A DNA stretch of 64,000 bases from Scyliorhinus canicula (GCF_902713615.1 NC_052167.1:16775983-16839982), one strand, 5' to 3'. Positions 13,642-25,230 are shown, numbered from the stretch's first letter. The notes: generated by a model not told the origin, from the sequence alone. Made by a program: numbers and translations.

Positions 13642-14963
13642 CTTGTGTTCTGGAGTTAAACAAAAGTATTTACATCGGCACGAGGACAGATTTGGGCCAA
13701 GAGGACTGGGCAGTTGTTGAGCAGTGGCAGTTGTTTAAAGAGATATTCAATTCATCCAAACTAAAATATATTCCAAGGGGAAGAAAGATTATAAGGGGGG
13801 GGAAAACATCCATGGCTGAGCAAGGAAGTCAATGATAATGCAAAGACAAAAACAAAGACATACCATATTGCAAAGTCCAGTGGCAGACTGGAAGATTGGG
13901 AAACTTTTAAAGATCAGCAAAGGATTACTAAAAAAAAGTTATAAAAAGAGCAAAGGTAAATTATGAAAGAAAACTAACGCAAAATATAACAAAGGACAGC
14001 AAAAGCTTCTATAAGTATATAAAAAGGAAGAGAGTAGCTAAAGTGATTGCTGGTCCCTTTGGTGGAAGAGACCAGGGAGTCAATAGTGGGGAAACACAGA
14101 AATGGCAGAGAAGCTAAATCAATATTTTGTCTCGATTTTCACGGTGGAGTAATCTAGTACAATCCCAACAGTAACAGGTAATGCAGAGGCAATAGAAACG
14201 TAGGAACTTAGAACAATCATCAATAGGGAAAAAGTACTAAACACACTGTTGCGATTGAAGATAGACAAGTCCCCATAGCCTCTTGGCCTCGGGTCTTGAA
14301 GGAAGTGACAGCGGAGATAGTGGATCCATTGGTTATAATATTCCAAAATTTGCTAGATGCGGGAAAGGTTTCTGTGCAACGGCCTGATTCAAAAATGGAG
14401 GGAGGCAGAAAGAAGGAAACTATAGATTAGCAACTTTATCATCTGTCGTTGGGAAATGTTCAGAATCCATTATTAAGGAAGTGACAACAGGACGTTTAGA
14501 AAGTCAAAACGCAATCCATCAGAGTCAGCACGGTTTTATGAAGGGTAAATAGTGTTTGACTAATTTGCACGAGTTATTCGAAGCTGTCACAAGCCAAGTG
14601 GATAATGGGCATCCCGTGGATGTCGTATGGCTGGACCTGTAGAAGATATTTGATAAGGTGCTGCACAAAATCACAAGGGATTAGGGGTAATTTATGAGCT
14701 GGGTTGGAAGAGTGGCCAACCAACAGAAGGCAGAGAGTCGGGATAAATGGGTCTTTTTCTGGTTGACAAGATAGAACTAGTTGGGTGCCACAGGATTCGG
14801 TCCTCGGGCCCCAACTATTTGCAATATGCATTATTTACTTGAATGTAGGGATAGAAGGTACAGTCGCCAAATTTGCAGATGACACTATAATAGGTGGGGT
14901 AGTAAATTGCAATGAAGAAATAAGAAATTTACAAATGGATATAGTTGGTTAGGTGAGTGGCCC

Positions 14964-15496
14964 TGTTGTATTTTATATTTTCCCCGCGTCTTGACTGTGA
15001 TAGAGAAATTCAAACAGCATTCATTAGGTAAGCAAAACTGAACTTTATTCACTAATTAGAACTGCTAGCAGAAAATGGCTGATACTTGGAGTCGGAAGGC
15101 AGTCAATTACAAACTGCGGAGTCCGTCCCAAGTCTGCGATAGTACAGAAAAGAAGGCGATTCTTATACATTATAGGATCAAGATAACATGAATACAGCTT
15201 GGTCAGGAATTTGATTGAAAGTAAAACATAAGTAATAATCGTTACAATGGCGTCACCTTCTGACCTTTAGGGGACTGGAGTCTCATATCATTATCTTGTC
15301 TTTGTTTTAAGAAAGGGAAGAAGTTGTTTACATACAGGCAGAGACTGTTTTTCAGCTTGTTATTTATTGAGACTGCTTCTCGGTTGATGACGAACATTTT
15401 GTATTTTGTATCTGTGTCTTAGGTTAAATTCAATTGTACCAAGAAGACTTGACTAGTTTTCCCATCATGCCATTATTTGCTTCACACAATACCGCA
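14964..15496 (-). mobile_element. Probable solo LTR inserted in CR1 RT-coding sequence
   Basis: TG...CA termini, 4-bp TSD gccc at 14960-14963 and 15497-15500. Confidence 0.7.
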
Positions 15497-16639
15497 GCCC
15501 AAAATTTGGAATATGGAGTTTAACGTGGATAAGTGTGAGGTTATACATTTTGGTCGGAAAAATAAATGGAGAGAAACTTCAGAGTGCTTCGGTACAGCGG
15601 GATCTGGGTGTCCTTGTGCATAAATCTCAGAAAACTAGTACACAGGTACTGTAGGCAAATTGAATGTTGGTCTTTATAGTCAAAGAGATAGACTTTAAAA
15701 GTTGTAAAGTGTTGCTGCAACTGTATATGGCATTGGTGAGACTGCACCTGGAGTACTGTGTACAGTTTTGGTCCCTTCATTTGAGGAGGGATGGAGTTGC
15801 ATTTGAGGCAGTTCAGAGTAGGTTCACTAGATTGATCCCAGAGAGAAGACTCTTGTCTTATGAAGAGAGAGTGAGCAGTTTAGGCCTATACTCTCTCGAG
15901 TTCAGAAGATTGAGAGGAGATCTAATTGAGGTATATAAGATGATAAAGGTATTGACAAAGTAGACATACAGCGGATGCTTCCCCTTGTGGTGCAATGTAG
16001 AATGAGAGGTCATGGTTTTAGGATAAGGGGGAGCAGATTTAAAACTGAGATGGGGAGAAATTGCTTCTCTCAAAGGGTCGTGAATCTGAGGAAGTCGCTA
16101 CCCCAGAATGCGGTGGATGCCGGGACGTTGAGCAAATTTGAGGAGATAGACAGATTTTTATTAGTAATGAGTGGAAGGGTTATGGAGAAGGGGCAGGAAA
16201 GTGGGGTTGAGGCCAAGAGATCAGCCATGATCGGATTGAACGGTGGAGCGGGTTTGAGGCACCAAATTGAGCACTCCTGCTCCTAGTTCTTATGAGGAGG
16301 AATTTCTTCTCTCGAGAGGGTTGATCATCTTTGGCATTCTCTAATTCAGAGAGTGTAGTGGGGGCTGGTCACAATATATTCAAGACTGCATTAGATAAAG
16401 TGAGTCAAGAATTTTGGAAATAGGCAGGAAAGTGGATTTAGGTCCACTATCTAATCAGTCATGATCTTATTGAATGATAGAAGCCAGCTCAATGGGCTGA
16501 ATGGCATTTTTCCTGCTCCTGGTTATGAGCTGGATTCCAAACAACTGAGCAATGCCATTGGCATATTTATCAAACAATTCCAATAATCCCCTCAATAAAC
16601 ATACTACTAGGAAGTGGACAGATCAATGATATAAAAATT

Positions 16640-17188
16640 ATAGAATCTCTCCAGTGCAGAAGGCCCATCGAGTCTGCATTGATCCTCTGAAAGAAAGAGG
16701 CTCAATCTCCCGCACTATCCCTGTAACCCCACCTAACCCGTACATCACTGCACACTAAGGGGCAATTTTATTCGGGTCAATCCACCTAACTGTACATCTT
16801 TGGACTGTGGGAGGAAAACGGAGCGCCCGGGGGAAACCCACGCAGATACGGGGAGAAAGTCTTATGAAGAGTGAGCAGTTTAGGCCTATACTCTCTCGAA
16901 TTCAGAAGATTGAGAGGAGAACTAATTGAGGTATATAAGATGATAAAAGGTATTGACAAAGTAGACACAAGAGCAGGTGCTTCCCCATGTGGGACAATCT
17001 AGAACGAGAGATCATAGCTTTAGGATAAGCGGTAGCACATTTAAAACAGAGACGGGGAGAAATTGCTTCTCTCAAAGGGTGGTGAATCTGAGGAATTCAC
17101 TACACACAGACAATCACCCGAGGCCGGAATTGAACCTGGGACCCTGGCGCTGTGAGGCAGCAGTGCTAACCACAGGGCCACCACGCCA
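16640..17188 (-). mobile_element. SINE split by an inserted CR1 segment (16859-17102)
   Basis: SINE core halves at 16640-16858 and 17103-17188. Confidence 0.7.
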
Positions 17189-17251
17189 TCTTTACAGCAG
17201 ATCAGATCAAAATACTCAGAACCGCTGAAAATATATTCAAAAATTAATTAC

Positions 17252-17380
17252 CTCTTTATCTTCGGTAAGTTTTGATAACAGGTAAACCAATGGATCCACA
17301 TTCCGAACATTTATTGATTTCAGCTCATCGTATTTCCTCAGAAATTCCTCCGGGGTTCTTGAAAACTCGGCTATTTTTAC
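17252..17380 (-). CDS. TUBGCP2: TUBGCP2 coding exon 2 (VKIAEFSRTPEEFLRKYDELK...LTEDKE)
   Basis: Manual translation; AG/GT boundaries; 129 nt phase 0. Confidence 0.95.
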
Positions 17381-17929
17381 CTGACGGTCAGCAAAGAAAT
17401 GTTTTAAATGCGTTTACTTTTAAGCAGTGCATACCCAGCAGTGTTCTCTGTTCACCCTGTCCCAATCGAGCCTGGGGCCTTGTCCCTGACCACTACCCTT
17501 CGTCAGCCACACACATGGTGGTCAAAGTCAGGCGGCTGAGACCCATTATACAATTCGCTATCCAAGCATACAAAATCCCAGCCTCTGTTCAGTGACTCTT
17601 TAGACTCCAACTCAGTAGAAGTTCTACCCAGGTGTTCAAATCTCAAATCCAACTTCATCACCCCTCTCAGAGCACAGAAGCAGGCTATTCTGTCAAACAT
17701 GCCTCTCTCCATGGCCCATTTCCCTGCATTTAGTTCTGCAAACAGTCCTGCAAACCTTTACCCTTCAAGCTTACATCCAATTTCCATTTGAAAGCGATCA
17801 TTGAATCTACCTTCACCACCCTGAAGCAACACATTTCACATCGTAACCATCTCAAGTATTTTAAAGACAGCATTTCATGTTGCTAGAAAGAGAAGCAGAT
17901 ACTTTACAGATCCTTGCTAGACATATTAC

Positions 17930-18079
17930 CTTGGCACTATGGGAAGAGACGGTTGTTGTGACATATGGAGTTCTGTTCTTTTGAAGGAGATCAATGTACA
18001 CTTCAGCTCCATCGCCACCACGAACTCGAAGCAGACTGAGCAGTTCATTGACATCATGATGGATTCGGAATTCACTCAT
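17930..18079 (-). CDS. TUBGCP2: Gamma-tubulin complex component 2, first coding exon (MSEFRIHHDVNELLSLL...SHSAK)
   Basis: N-terminus matches vertebrate GCP2. ATG at 18079, acceptor AG 18089-18090 (9 nt of UTR), donor AAG|GTAAT, 150 nt phase 0. Confidence 0.96.
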
Positions 18080-18349
18080 GATTTCTTCCTGTGTTAAAAA
18101 GAAACTAAGCGTGAAAAAGTTGACCGAGAATCTCAAATCATTCCATGCCATCATAACTGCATCCTTAATTATATTTCAGCATAATCATTTTACAGCCCAG
18201 TATCTTAACAAGGCCAGTTTTCATTGCTCCCGGAGACATGTCTAAAACAAGGAGAGAGGTAGTAGATGTGAAAAAATGTGGAAACAAACTATTATGGTCA
18301 AAACTCTGTCTGTGAATGGTGTCATTTTAAATGTAGGCTAGAGTTCTCT

Positions 18350-18580
18350 TTTTAAAAAAATTTAGAGTACCCAATTATTTTTTTGCCCCAATTAAGCGGC
18401 AATTTAGCGCGGCCAATTCACCTATCCTGCATATCTTTTTGGGGTTGTGGAGGTGAAATCCACGCAGACACGGGGAGAATGTGTTAACCCTACACAGACA
18501 GTGACCCAAGGCTGGGATTGAACCCGGGTCCTCGGCACCATGAGGCAGCAGTGCTAACCACTGCGCCACCATACTGCCCT
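18350..18580 (-). mobile_element. tRNA-derived SINE
   Basis: Shared head and core. Confidence 0.85.
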
Positions 18581-19041
18581 AGAGTTTAAATCAATCAATA
18601 AAAACTTCCCAAATTTCTGAAGGTTATGTGAGGATAGACAATATTTGTACCAAAACAAAGGAATTAAAAAGTCAAAAGCAAGAATCAGGGGCGCAAAGTG
18701 AACAGGTTGGGGGGGTAATTTCACAGGTTTACATCTACCGCACGTTACTAAGGTACACCTAATCTCTTGCCTGTAGTTGTGCAATTTGTACGCAAACATT
18801 ACATCGAAGCAGGACGGTTAAAGGGCTATAGGTTGTTTATACATCGCACGGCTAACTTTTCACAAAAGTATTCAACAAAACTAACTGTGCAAATTAAGGG
18901 GAGGGCATTGCTGCTGTACTATTTATCCACTGAGTTGAAATTGTGAATTCTCCAATTCCCACCACATTATTCATTAGGTAAATAGTTAACCACAAATTTA
19001 GCTATGCTCGACTTGCAAACAGCAGCCTAAAATCATTAGCA

Positions 19042-19268
19042 ACCGAAGAGAAAATACTGGAGAATCTCAGCAGGTCTGGCAGCATCTGCAGGGAGAGGAA
19101 AGAGCTAACGTTTCGAGTCCAATGACTCTTTGTCACAGCTTTGACAGAGTCATTGGACTCGAAACGTTAGCTCTTTTCTCTCCCTACAGATGCTGCCAGA
19201 CCTGCTGAGATTCTCCAGCATTTTCTCTTTCGTTTCAGATTCCAGCATCCGCAGTAATTTGCTTTTTA
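19042..19268. mobile_element. Palindromic non-autonomous element (probably Penelope terminal-repeat derived) with 13-bp flanking direct repeat
   Basis: Arms about 19041-19136 and 19141-19235 around central AGCT; aaaatcattagca at 19029-19041 and 19269-19281. Confidence 0.8.
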
Positions 19269-20185
19269 AAAATCATTAGCATATTGTAGGCAAGGAGAGC
19301 TTCAACATTCCGCAATACACTTTTTTATTCTAGAACCATTGAGCCTAGAAAATTACTAATTTGAACACCAGTTTCTACAGTCCATATTTGAATAGAAAGG
19401 ACATCTCAGAACCATGAACTACTGCGTAAATAGCAACGACTGTAATCAGTGATGTTTGAATTTTAGTAAGACACATTCATATCTGTTGAGAAGTGTCTTA
19501 TTTACAATACTATAATCGATTAAACAAACTAAGCGGCGGTGAGATACATTGACCAATTTACAAAAACTTTATAAAATTCTAGCTTGGAAAATAATTTAAA
19601 ATCCACAAATTGCACTACAGCTTATGCAAATAAAATAGGCTTGAAAATGAGGTCTGCAAAAGTTCAGCCGTATTTATTCAGAACTAATGGATCCTTGGGT
19701 GTTACCCTCAGTGAGCCGATGCAATACAGATTGCATCATAAACTAAACTAACTAAAGGGCCCTGGAGACAACGGGGAAAAATTGTTTAATAATAATCTTC
19801 ATCAGTGTCACAAGTAGGCTTACATTAACGCTGCAATGAAGTTACTGTGAAAATCCCCGAGTCGCCACACTCCGGCGCCTGTACGGGTACACAGAGGGAG
19901 AATTCAGAATGTCCACAGCAGTGAGGTTTATTCAAACACTGGGAATATCATTTTGTGTCTACTTTCCTTTCAATATCTAGTTTATTGACTTCTATCTTTG
20001 TTCGCTATGATTTCCATTTCTAATTTCTCTCTCTCACTTTTAGTTTTGTTCTTGTCAATTCCTGCTGTCCCATTTCATTATCCCCTCTCACTCTTTCTGT
20101 TGCTGGAATTTGTCCCATTTATCGCCAACTCAATGTTGCATCAACTGAACCTTTCAGGATATAAACCCTCGTTTAGGGGTACCAA

Positions 20186-22320
20186 TTAGGGGTAGGCCAC
20201 TCGGCCCTTCGAGTCTGCTCCGCAATTTAATAAGATCATGCCTGATCTGATTGTAACCTCAACCCCACATTCCTGCCAACCCCGATAACCTTTCACCCCC
20301 TTGCTAATCAAGAATCGATCGAGCTCTGCCTTAAAAATATTTTTATATTTATAAGATTTTGACTCCCCCAACCTTTGAGGAAGAAAGTTCCAGAGACTCA
20401 CGACTCTCATCGCCACTTTAAATAAGCGACCCCTTATTTTTAAAACAGCGACCCCTAATTCTAGATTCTCCGACAAGAAGAAACGTCCTCTCCACATCCA
20501 CCCTGTCAATCAATACCCTTCAGGATCTTCAAGGTTTCGATCAAGTTGCCTCTTACTCTTCGAAACTCCAGTGAATAAATTCCTAACCTGTCCATACTTT
20601 TCTCGTAAGACATTTTGCATCAATCCGGTGATAAATCCACCAATCAGATAATTATTGTGCCTAGCCCCCCCCCCCCACCCAAAGTTATAATACTTGCGAA
20701 TGCTCATAGACTGGAAAGTTCTCTTTTTACAATGCACCAATATAATTTGTGCAGCACAACCCCGCTGAACATGCACTGCCCACGGCGGGATAGCAATTTG
20801 CCTTTATACACCTTTACCACAGCATTTAATGAGAGTATAGGACTAAGACATAGGAGGAGAATTAGGCTATTCAGCCCATCGAGTCTGCTCCACCATTCAA
20901 TCATGGCTGATATGTTTCTCATCCCCATTCTCGTGCCTCCCCCCCATAACCCCCGATCCCCTTATTAATCAAGAACCTATTTATCTCTGTCTTAAAGACA
21001 CTCAGTGACTTGGCCTCCACAGCCGTCTGCAGGCAAAGAGTTCCACAGATTCACCACCCTCTGGCTGAAGATATTCCTCCTCATCTCAGTTTTAGAGGCT
21101 CGTCCCTTCAGTCTGACGCTGTGCCCTCGGGTTCGAGTGCTATCAATAAATATTTTTGAAACCGAGCCAAAGAACGAGATTTCAGAACAGATGGCTAAAA
21201 GGGAGGTTTGAAGAAGACTATTAGAGAAGTGGAGGGGTTTAAGGAGGGACTCCCAGAAACCAGGACCACGGTAGGTGAAAGTGCAGCCAACGATGGTAAT
21301 TAAAACTGGCCTCCGAAGAGGAGTCACATCCATTTCGAAACGTTAACAGTTTCCCTCTCTCCATAGATATTGCCAGACTAGCTGAGTTTTTCCAGCACGC
21401 TCTGTTTTTATTTCAGATCTCCAGCACCCGCAGCATTCTGCTTTTAATGCAATTAAAACTGGGGGATGCGCGGAATGCCAGAATTGGCGGATAGGGCGAG
21501 AGATCTTGCAGGAGGTTTAGACAGAGGGTGGAGGGTTTCAAAAGTAAGACTTTAAAAAAACAAAACGGGAATCTGGAAGGGGGAGGGCACCTGTTTGCAA
21601 TATTCCAAAAGGTTGCAGCATGGGGATGTCACTGCTGCACAATACAATGCACCAACCATGCAAGGTTTAGCTTCACCTGTGAAAACAGGAGGTAGTGGTA
21701 GCTATGGGGAAGGAACATAAGAACACAGAAATTAGCAGAAGTCAGCAATTCACCCCTTCAAGTCTGCACCATTGGCTGATCGCTTCACGGTCTCAAATCC
21801 ACCTCCCTACTCGTACCATATCCCTTTAACCATTTTTTTAATACCAGAAATACATCTATCACCTTCTTGAAACCATTAAATGCCTCAGATCCCATTGCAC
21901 TATGGGGCAGTGAGTTCCACACATTCACCACCCTCTGCGAGAAGTAATGCCTCCTCATTTCAGTTCTAAATCTACCGCCTCTCAACCTATATCCATGACC
22001 TGTCAATCCAGATTTACCCACAAAGGTAAACATTTGGTCTACATTTACTTGATCAGTCCTTTTACACTATACACCTCGATCAGATCCCCTCTAATCCTTC
22101 TAAACTCCAGCGAGTAGAAACCCGCTCCCGACACTGTCTCCTCCCGCTCTCACTCCTCATCCCCAGAACCAATCTGGTGAACCTCCTCTGGATTGCCTCC
22201 AATTCCACCACATCCTTCCTGAAATAAGCAGACCAAAACTGGGCACAATGCTGTAGATGTGATCTTATCAACTCCCGATATAACTGCAACAAGACTGCTC
22301 TACTTTTATACTCCAGTCAT
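20186..22320 (-). mobile_element. Cluster of CR1 3' fragments (about 20186-20610, 20830-21130, 21715-22320)
   Basis: Minus-strand translations FSQRVVNLWNSLP and LYRELIRSHLQHCAQFWS. Confidence 0.75.
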
Positions 22321-22935
22321 AGAGATTTACAATATGGAAACAGGCCCTTCGGCCCAACTTGTCCATGCCACCCAGTATTTACCATGAAGCTAGTCCCAAT
22401 TGTCTGCATTTGGCCCATATCCCTCTATGCCCATCTTACCTATATAAATGTTTTTAGAAGATAAATTTGTTCCTTCTGCAATAAACGTTAACATTTAATT
22501 TGCCTTTTTAAGGTCTGCTGCACCCCTTCTTCCAGAAACACTTGTCTGCAGGAGCAATGCAGCACATTCCAACAACAGCAGGCCAAGCTGTGAAAGAGCA
22601 GGGAGTGTGTGGAGCTGCTGGAGCCGGGGCCGGGGAGCTATCCTGCCAGCCCCGGGCTGCTGGGCCTCTCCTGCCCTGCGCCTCACCCACAGAGACAAAC
22701 AAACCAGCGGCCGGGAGGGGGAGGCCCGGCCGGTTCCCGGCGCCATCTCCTCCCGCTCCCGGCCCTCACCTCCTGGCTGCTGCACAGCCCCCGGAGCCGC
22801 CTTCCCGCTGCAGGAAGCCGAGGCTCCTGCTGCTCCTTTCCGCCTGGGTTGGAGACACACAACAAGGCGAAGGGAGGGGGATGTGATTCCAGCGGGCGCT
22901 AGGGCCCGGTAAGGGAGAGCGCGGGATTGCGGAGT

Positions 22936-23144
22936 GCACGCGTACTGGAGCTGCCGGCCGGGTGACGGCTACTGCGCACGCGTACTAGAGCTGCCGGCCG
23001 GGTGACGGCTACTGCGCCCGCGTACTGGAGCTGCCGGTCGGGTGACGGCTACTACGCACGCGTGGTAGAGCCCACTGGCCCGGCGGCGGTTGGTACGCCT
23101 GCGTAGAGAGCTATTGACCGCGTGACGGCTATAGCGCACGCGCG
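22936..23144. repeat. 40-bp tandem repeat (about 3.3 good copies plus degenerate copies) in the promoter
   Basis: Unit gcacgcgtactggagctgccggccgggtgacggctactgc starts at 22936, 22976, 23016 and 23056; degenerate copy about 23100-23144. Confidence 0.9.
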
Positions 23145-23171
23145 CTGGCGCCACCGTCCCGGGAGTGACGG

Positions 23172-23363
23172 TTGCTGCCCACCGAGCGGTTCGGTTGGCG
23201 CTCCGGAGGCGGTGGCCAGTTGTCAGGCTCCAGGCCCCCGGGGCTGGCGGTGGCGGGTGCCCAGGGCGGCGGCGGTGGTGATGATGGGGCGGCTGCCGCC
23301 GAGTCGCCTTTCACCTTCAGCTCCAGGAGGATCTTCCTGCACAAGGAGGACGAATTCTTCGAA
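23172..23363 (+). CDS. ZNF511: Zinc finger protein 511 exon 1 (..AAAAESPFTFSSRRIFLHKEDEFFE); start codon uncertain
   Basis: Homologous to human APFRFVARPVRFPREHQFFE; donor GAA|GTAGGT. No in-frame ATG after the in-frame TGA at 23166-23168; start shown at the first near-cognate codon (TTG). Confidence 0.75.
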
Positions 23364-23505
23364 GTAGGTTATGGTTGTTGGAGCGGGTGAGACATTAAAC
23401 CGAGTCAGGTCGCCGGCTCCAGTCGGTGGGTGAGGGTTGTGTCCCGGTCCACGTTCATCCATCAACCAAAAGCACTTAAAACAGTTGATCAGCTCATTCC
23501 GTCAT

Positions 23506-24273
23506 TGCTGCTGCCCGCGGGCTCTTGTTGTGCTGCTGCCCGCGGGCTCTTGCCGTGCAGCTGCCCGCGGGCTCTTGCCGTGCTGCTGCCCGTGGGCTCT
23601 TGCCGTGCTGCTGCCCGCGGGCTCTTGCCGTGCAGCTGCCCGTGGGCTCTTGCTGTGCTGCTGCCCGTGGGCTCTTGCTGTGCTGCTGCCCGTGGGCTCT
23701 TGCCGTGCAGCTGCCCGTGGGCTCTTGCCGTGCTGCTGCCCGTGGGCTCTTGCCGTGCTGCTGCCCGTGGGCTCTTGCCGTGCTGCTGCCCGCGGGCTCT
23801 TGCCGTGCTGCTGCCCGCGGGCTCTTGCCGTGCTGCTGCCCGTGGGCTCTTGCCGTGCTGCTGCCCGTGGGCTCTTGCTGTGCTGCTGCCCGTGGGCTCT
23901 TGCTGTGCTGCTGCCCGTGGGCTCTTGCCGTGCTGCTGCCCGTGGGCTCTTGCCGTGCAGCTGCCCGTGGGCTCTTGCCGTGCTGCTGCCCGTGGGCTCT
24001 TGCCGTGCTGCTGCCCGCGGGCTCTTGCCGTGCTGCTGCCCGCGGGCTCTTGCCGTGCAGCTGCCCGCGGGCTCTTGCCGTGCAGCTGCCCGCGGGCTCT
24101 TGCCGTGCAGCTGCCCGCGGGCTCTTGCCCTGCAGCTGCCTGCGGGCTCTTGCCCTGCAGCTGCCCGCGGGCCCTTGTCGTGCCGCGGGCCCTTGCTGTT
24201 CCGCTGCCCGCGGGCCCTTGCCGTTCCGCTGCCCGCGGGCCCTTGCCGTGCCGCTGGCCGTGGGCTCTTGCTG
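23506..24273. repeat. 25-bp GC-rich minisatellite (about 30 copies) in ZNF511 intron 1
   Basis: Unit gctgctgcccg(c/t)gggctcttgccgt; stop-free, which explains the long repetitive ORFs. Confidence 0.97.
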
Positions 24274-24504
24274 TGGTGAAATTGTACATCACAATATTTC
24301 ACAAGTAACAAGTGCGATGAAAGTTTGTTTTCTTTGGTTGTGTTGATTAAGGGGAGAATGTTGGCCAGGACACCAAGAAAACCTTTGCTACTCTTCAAAC
24401 CGTCGCTTGGGATCTTCAATGATGTAAAATGGCCACTTGGTTTTTGTAACTACATCTATCAAATTAGGTCTCTAAAGATCTGAAAATACTATCCACGAAA
24501 TTAG

Positions 24505-24757
24505 CACGGAGACCTAAGTTCGCCTTGAGAGGGTCACTGTTAGGGTTCGCCCGGAGGTGGCAGCCATTTGTCGACTTCTTTGCGGCAAATTAATCATCAG
24601 CAGGGGTTAGCTTAGTTTAGAGTAGGGGGTTAGTAACGGTGGGACCTGTAAGGGAGGAAGACGGCTTTTGCACTACGTTTATAACTTCATGTACATTGTT
24701 TACTTTGTTGTTGTTGTAAAACCATAAATACGACAATAAAATGTTTATTTTTTTAAA
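24505..24757 (+). mobile_element. Truncated L1/Tx1-like LINE 3' end
   Basis: KFALRGSLLGFARRWQPFVDFF resembles an L1-clade ORF2 C-terminus; followed by a 3'UTR with AATAAA. Confidence 0.5.
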
Positions 24758-24759
24758 AA

Positions 24760-25010
24760 GTCAGCCACATTGCTGTGGGTCTGGAGTCACATGTAGGCCA
24801 GACGGGGTAAGAACGGCAGATTTCCTTCTCTAAAGACATTAGTGAACCAGATGGGTTTTAATCGGCAATTTCGTGGTCATCATTAGACTTTAATTCCAGA
24901 TTTTTTTTATTGAATTCGAAATCTGCCATCTGCCCTGGTGGAATTTGAACCTGGGTCCCCACATATTACTCTGGGTCTCTGGACTAGTGACCGTAGCACT
25001 ATGCCACCTC
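24760..25010 (-). mobile_element. Older SINE family (related copies at about 37300-37495 and 57105-57450)
   Basis: Shared ggtaag.acggcagatttccttc..aaag.cattag core and a minus-strand B-box (ggttcaaat.cc). Confidence 0.6.
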
Positions 25011-25230
25011 CTCATGGCCTCATCCAGTAGTTCCATTGCCTAGGCTTATGGGTACATCACTGTCTTTGCTCTGCTCATGATGTGGGCTAAGTTAGCCAAT
25101 TGGCTGCACCATAAGAAGATTTATACTGAGAAAGGATTTGTGTGTGACTGACCAACTTGTAACAATTAAAAGTAGCAGTTCTCAAACCAGTGACTTATAG
25201 AAAATAATTTCATGTTTTATTTTGGTTCAG

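Larger units (their letters stand above)
12460..16292 (+). mobile_element. Degenerate CR1-type LINE (endonuclease/RT remnants), interrupted by two LTRs
   Basis: Remnants such as IMMGDFN, KFADDT and LYMALVRLHLEYCVQFWS..RRLRGDLIEVYK, plus the typical 3' tail. Confidence 0.85.
22540..23460. promoter_or_regulatory. CpG island / bidirectional promoter shared by TUBGCP2 (-) and ZNF511 (+)
   Basis: GC- and CpG-rich stretch between divergent genes. Candidate minus-strand donor GAG|GTGAGG at 22770/22769 for a non-coding TUBGCP2 exon 1 (unproven). Confidence 0.8.

Noticed and set aside
15664-16286. RT-like ORFs as a host gene or active LINE
   Set aside because: Fragmented CR1 ORF2 with stops, frameshifts and nested insertions.
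22495-22912. Several GC-rich ORFs in the CpG island
   Set aside because: Expected from stop-codon scarcity in GC-rich DNA; no recognisable homology.
23430-24419. Five long ORFs (267-305 aa)
   Set aside because: They are products of a stop-free 25-bp minisatellite inside an intron; no protein homology.
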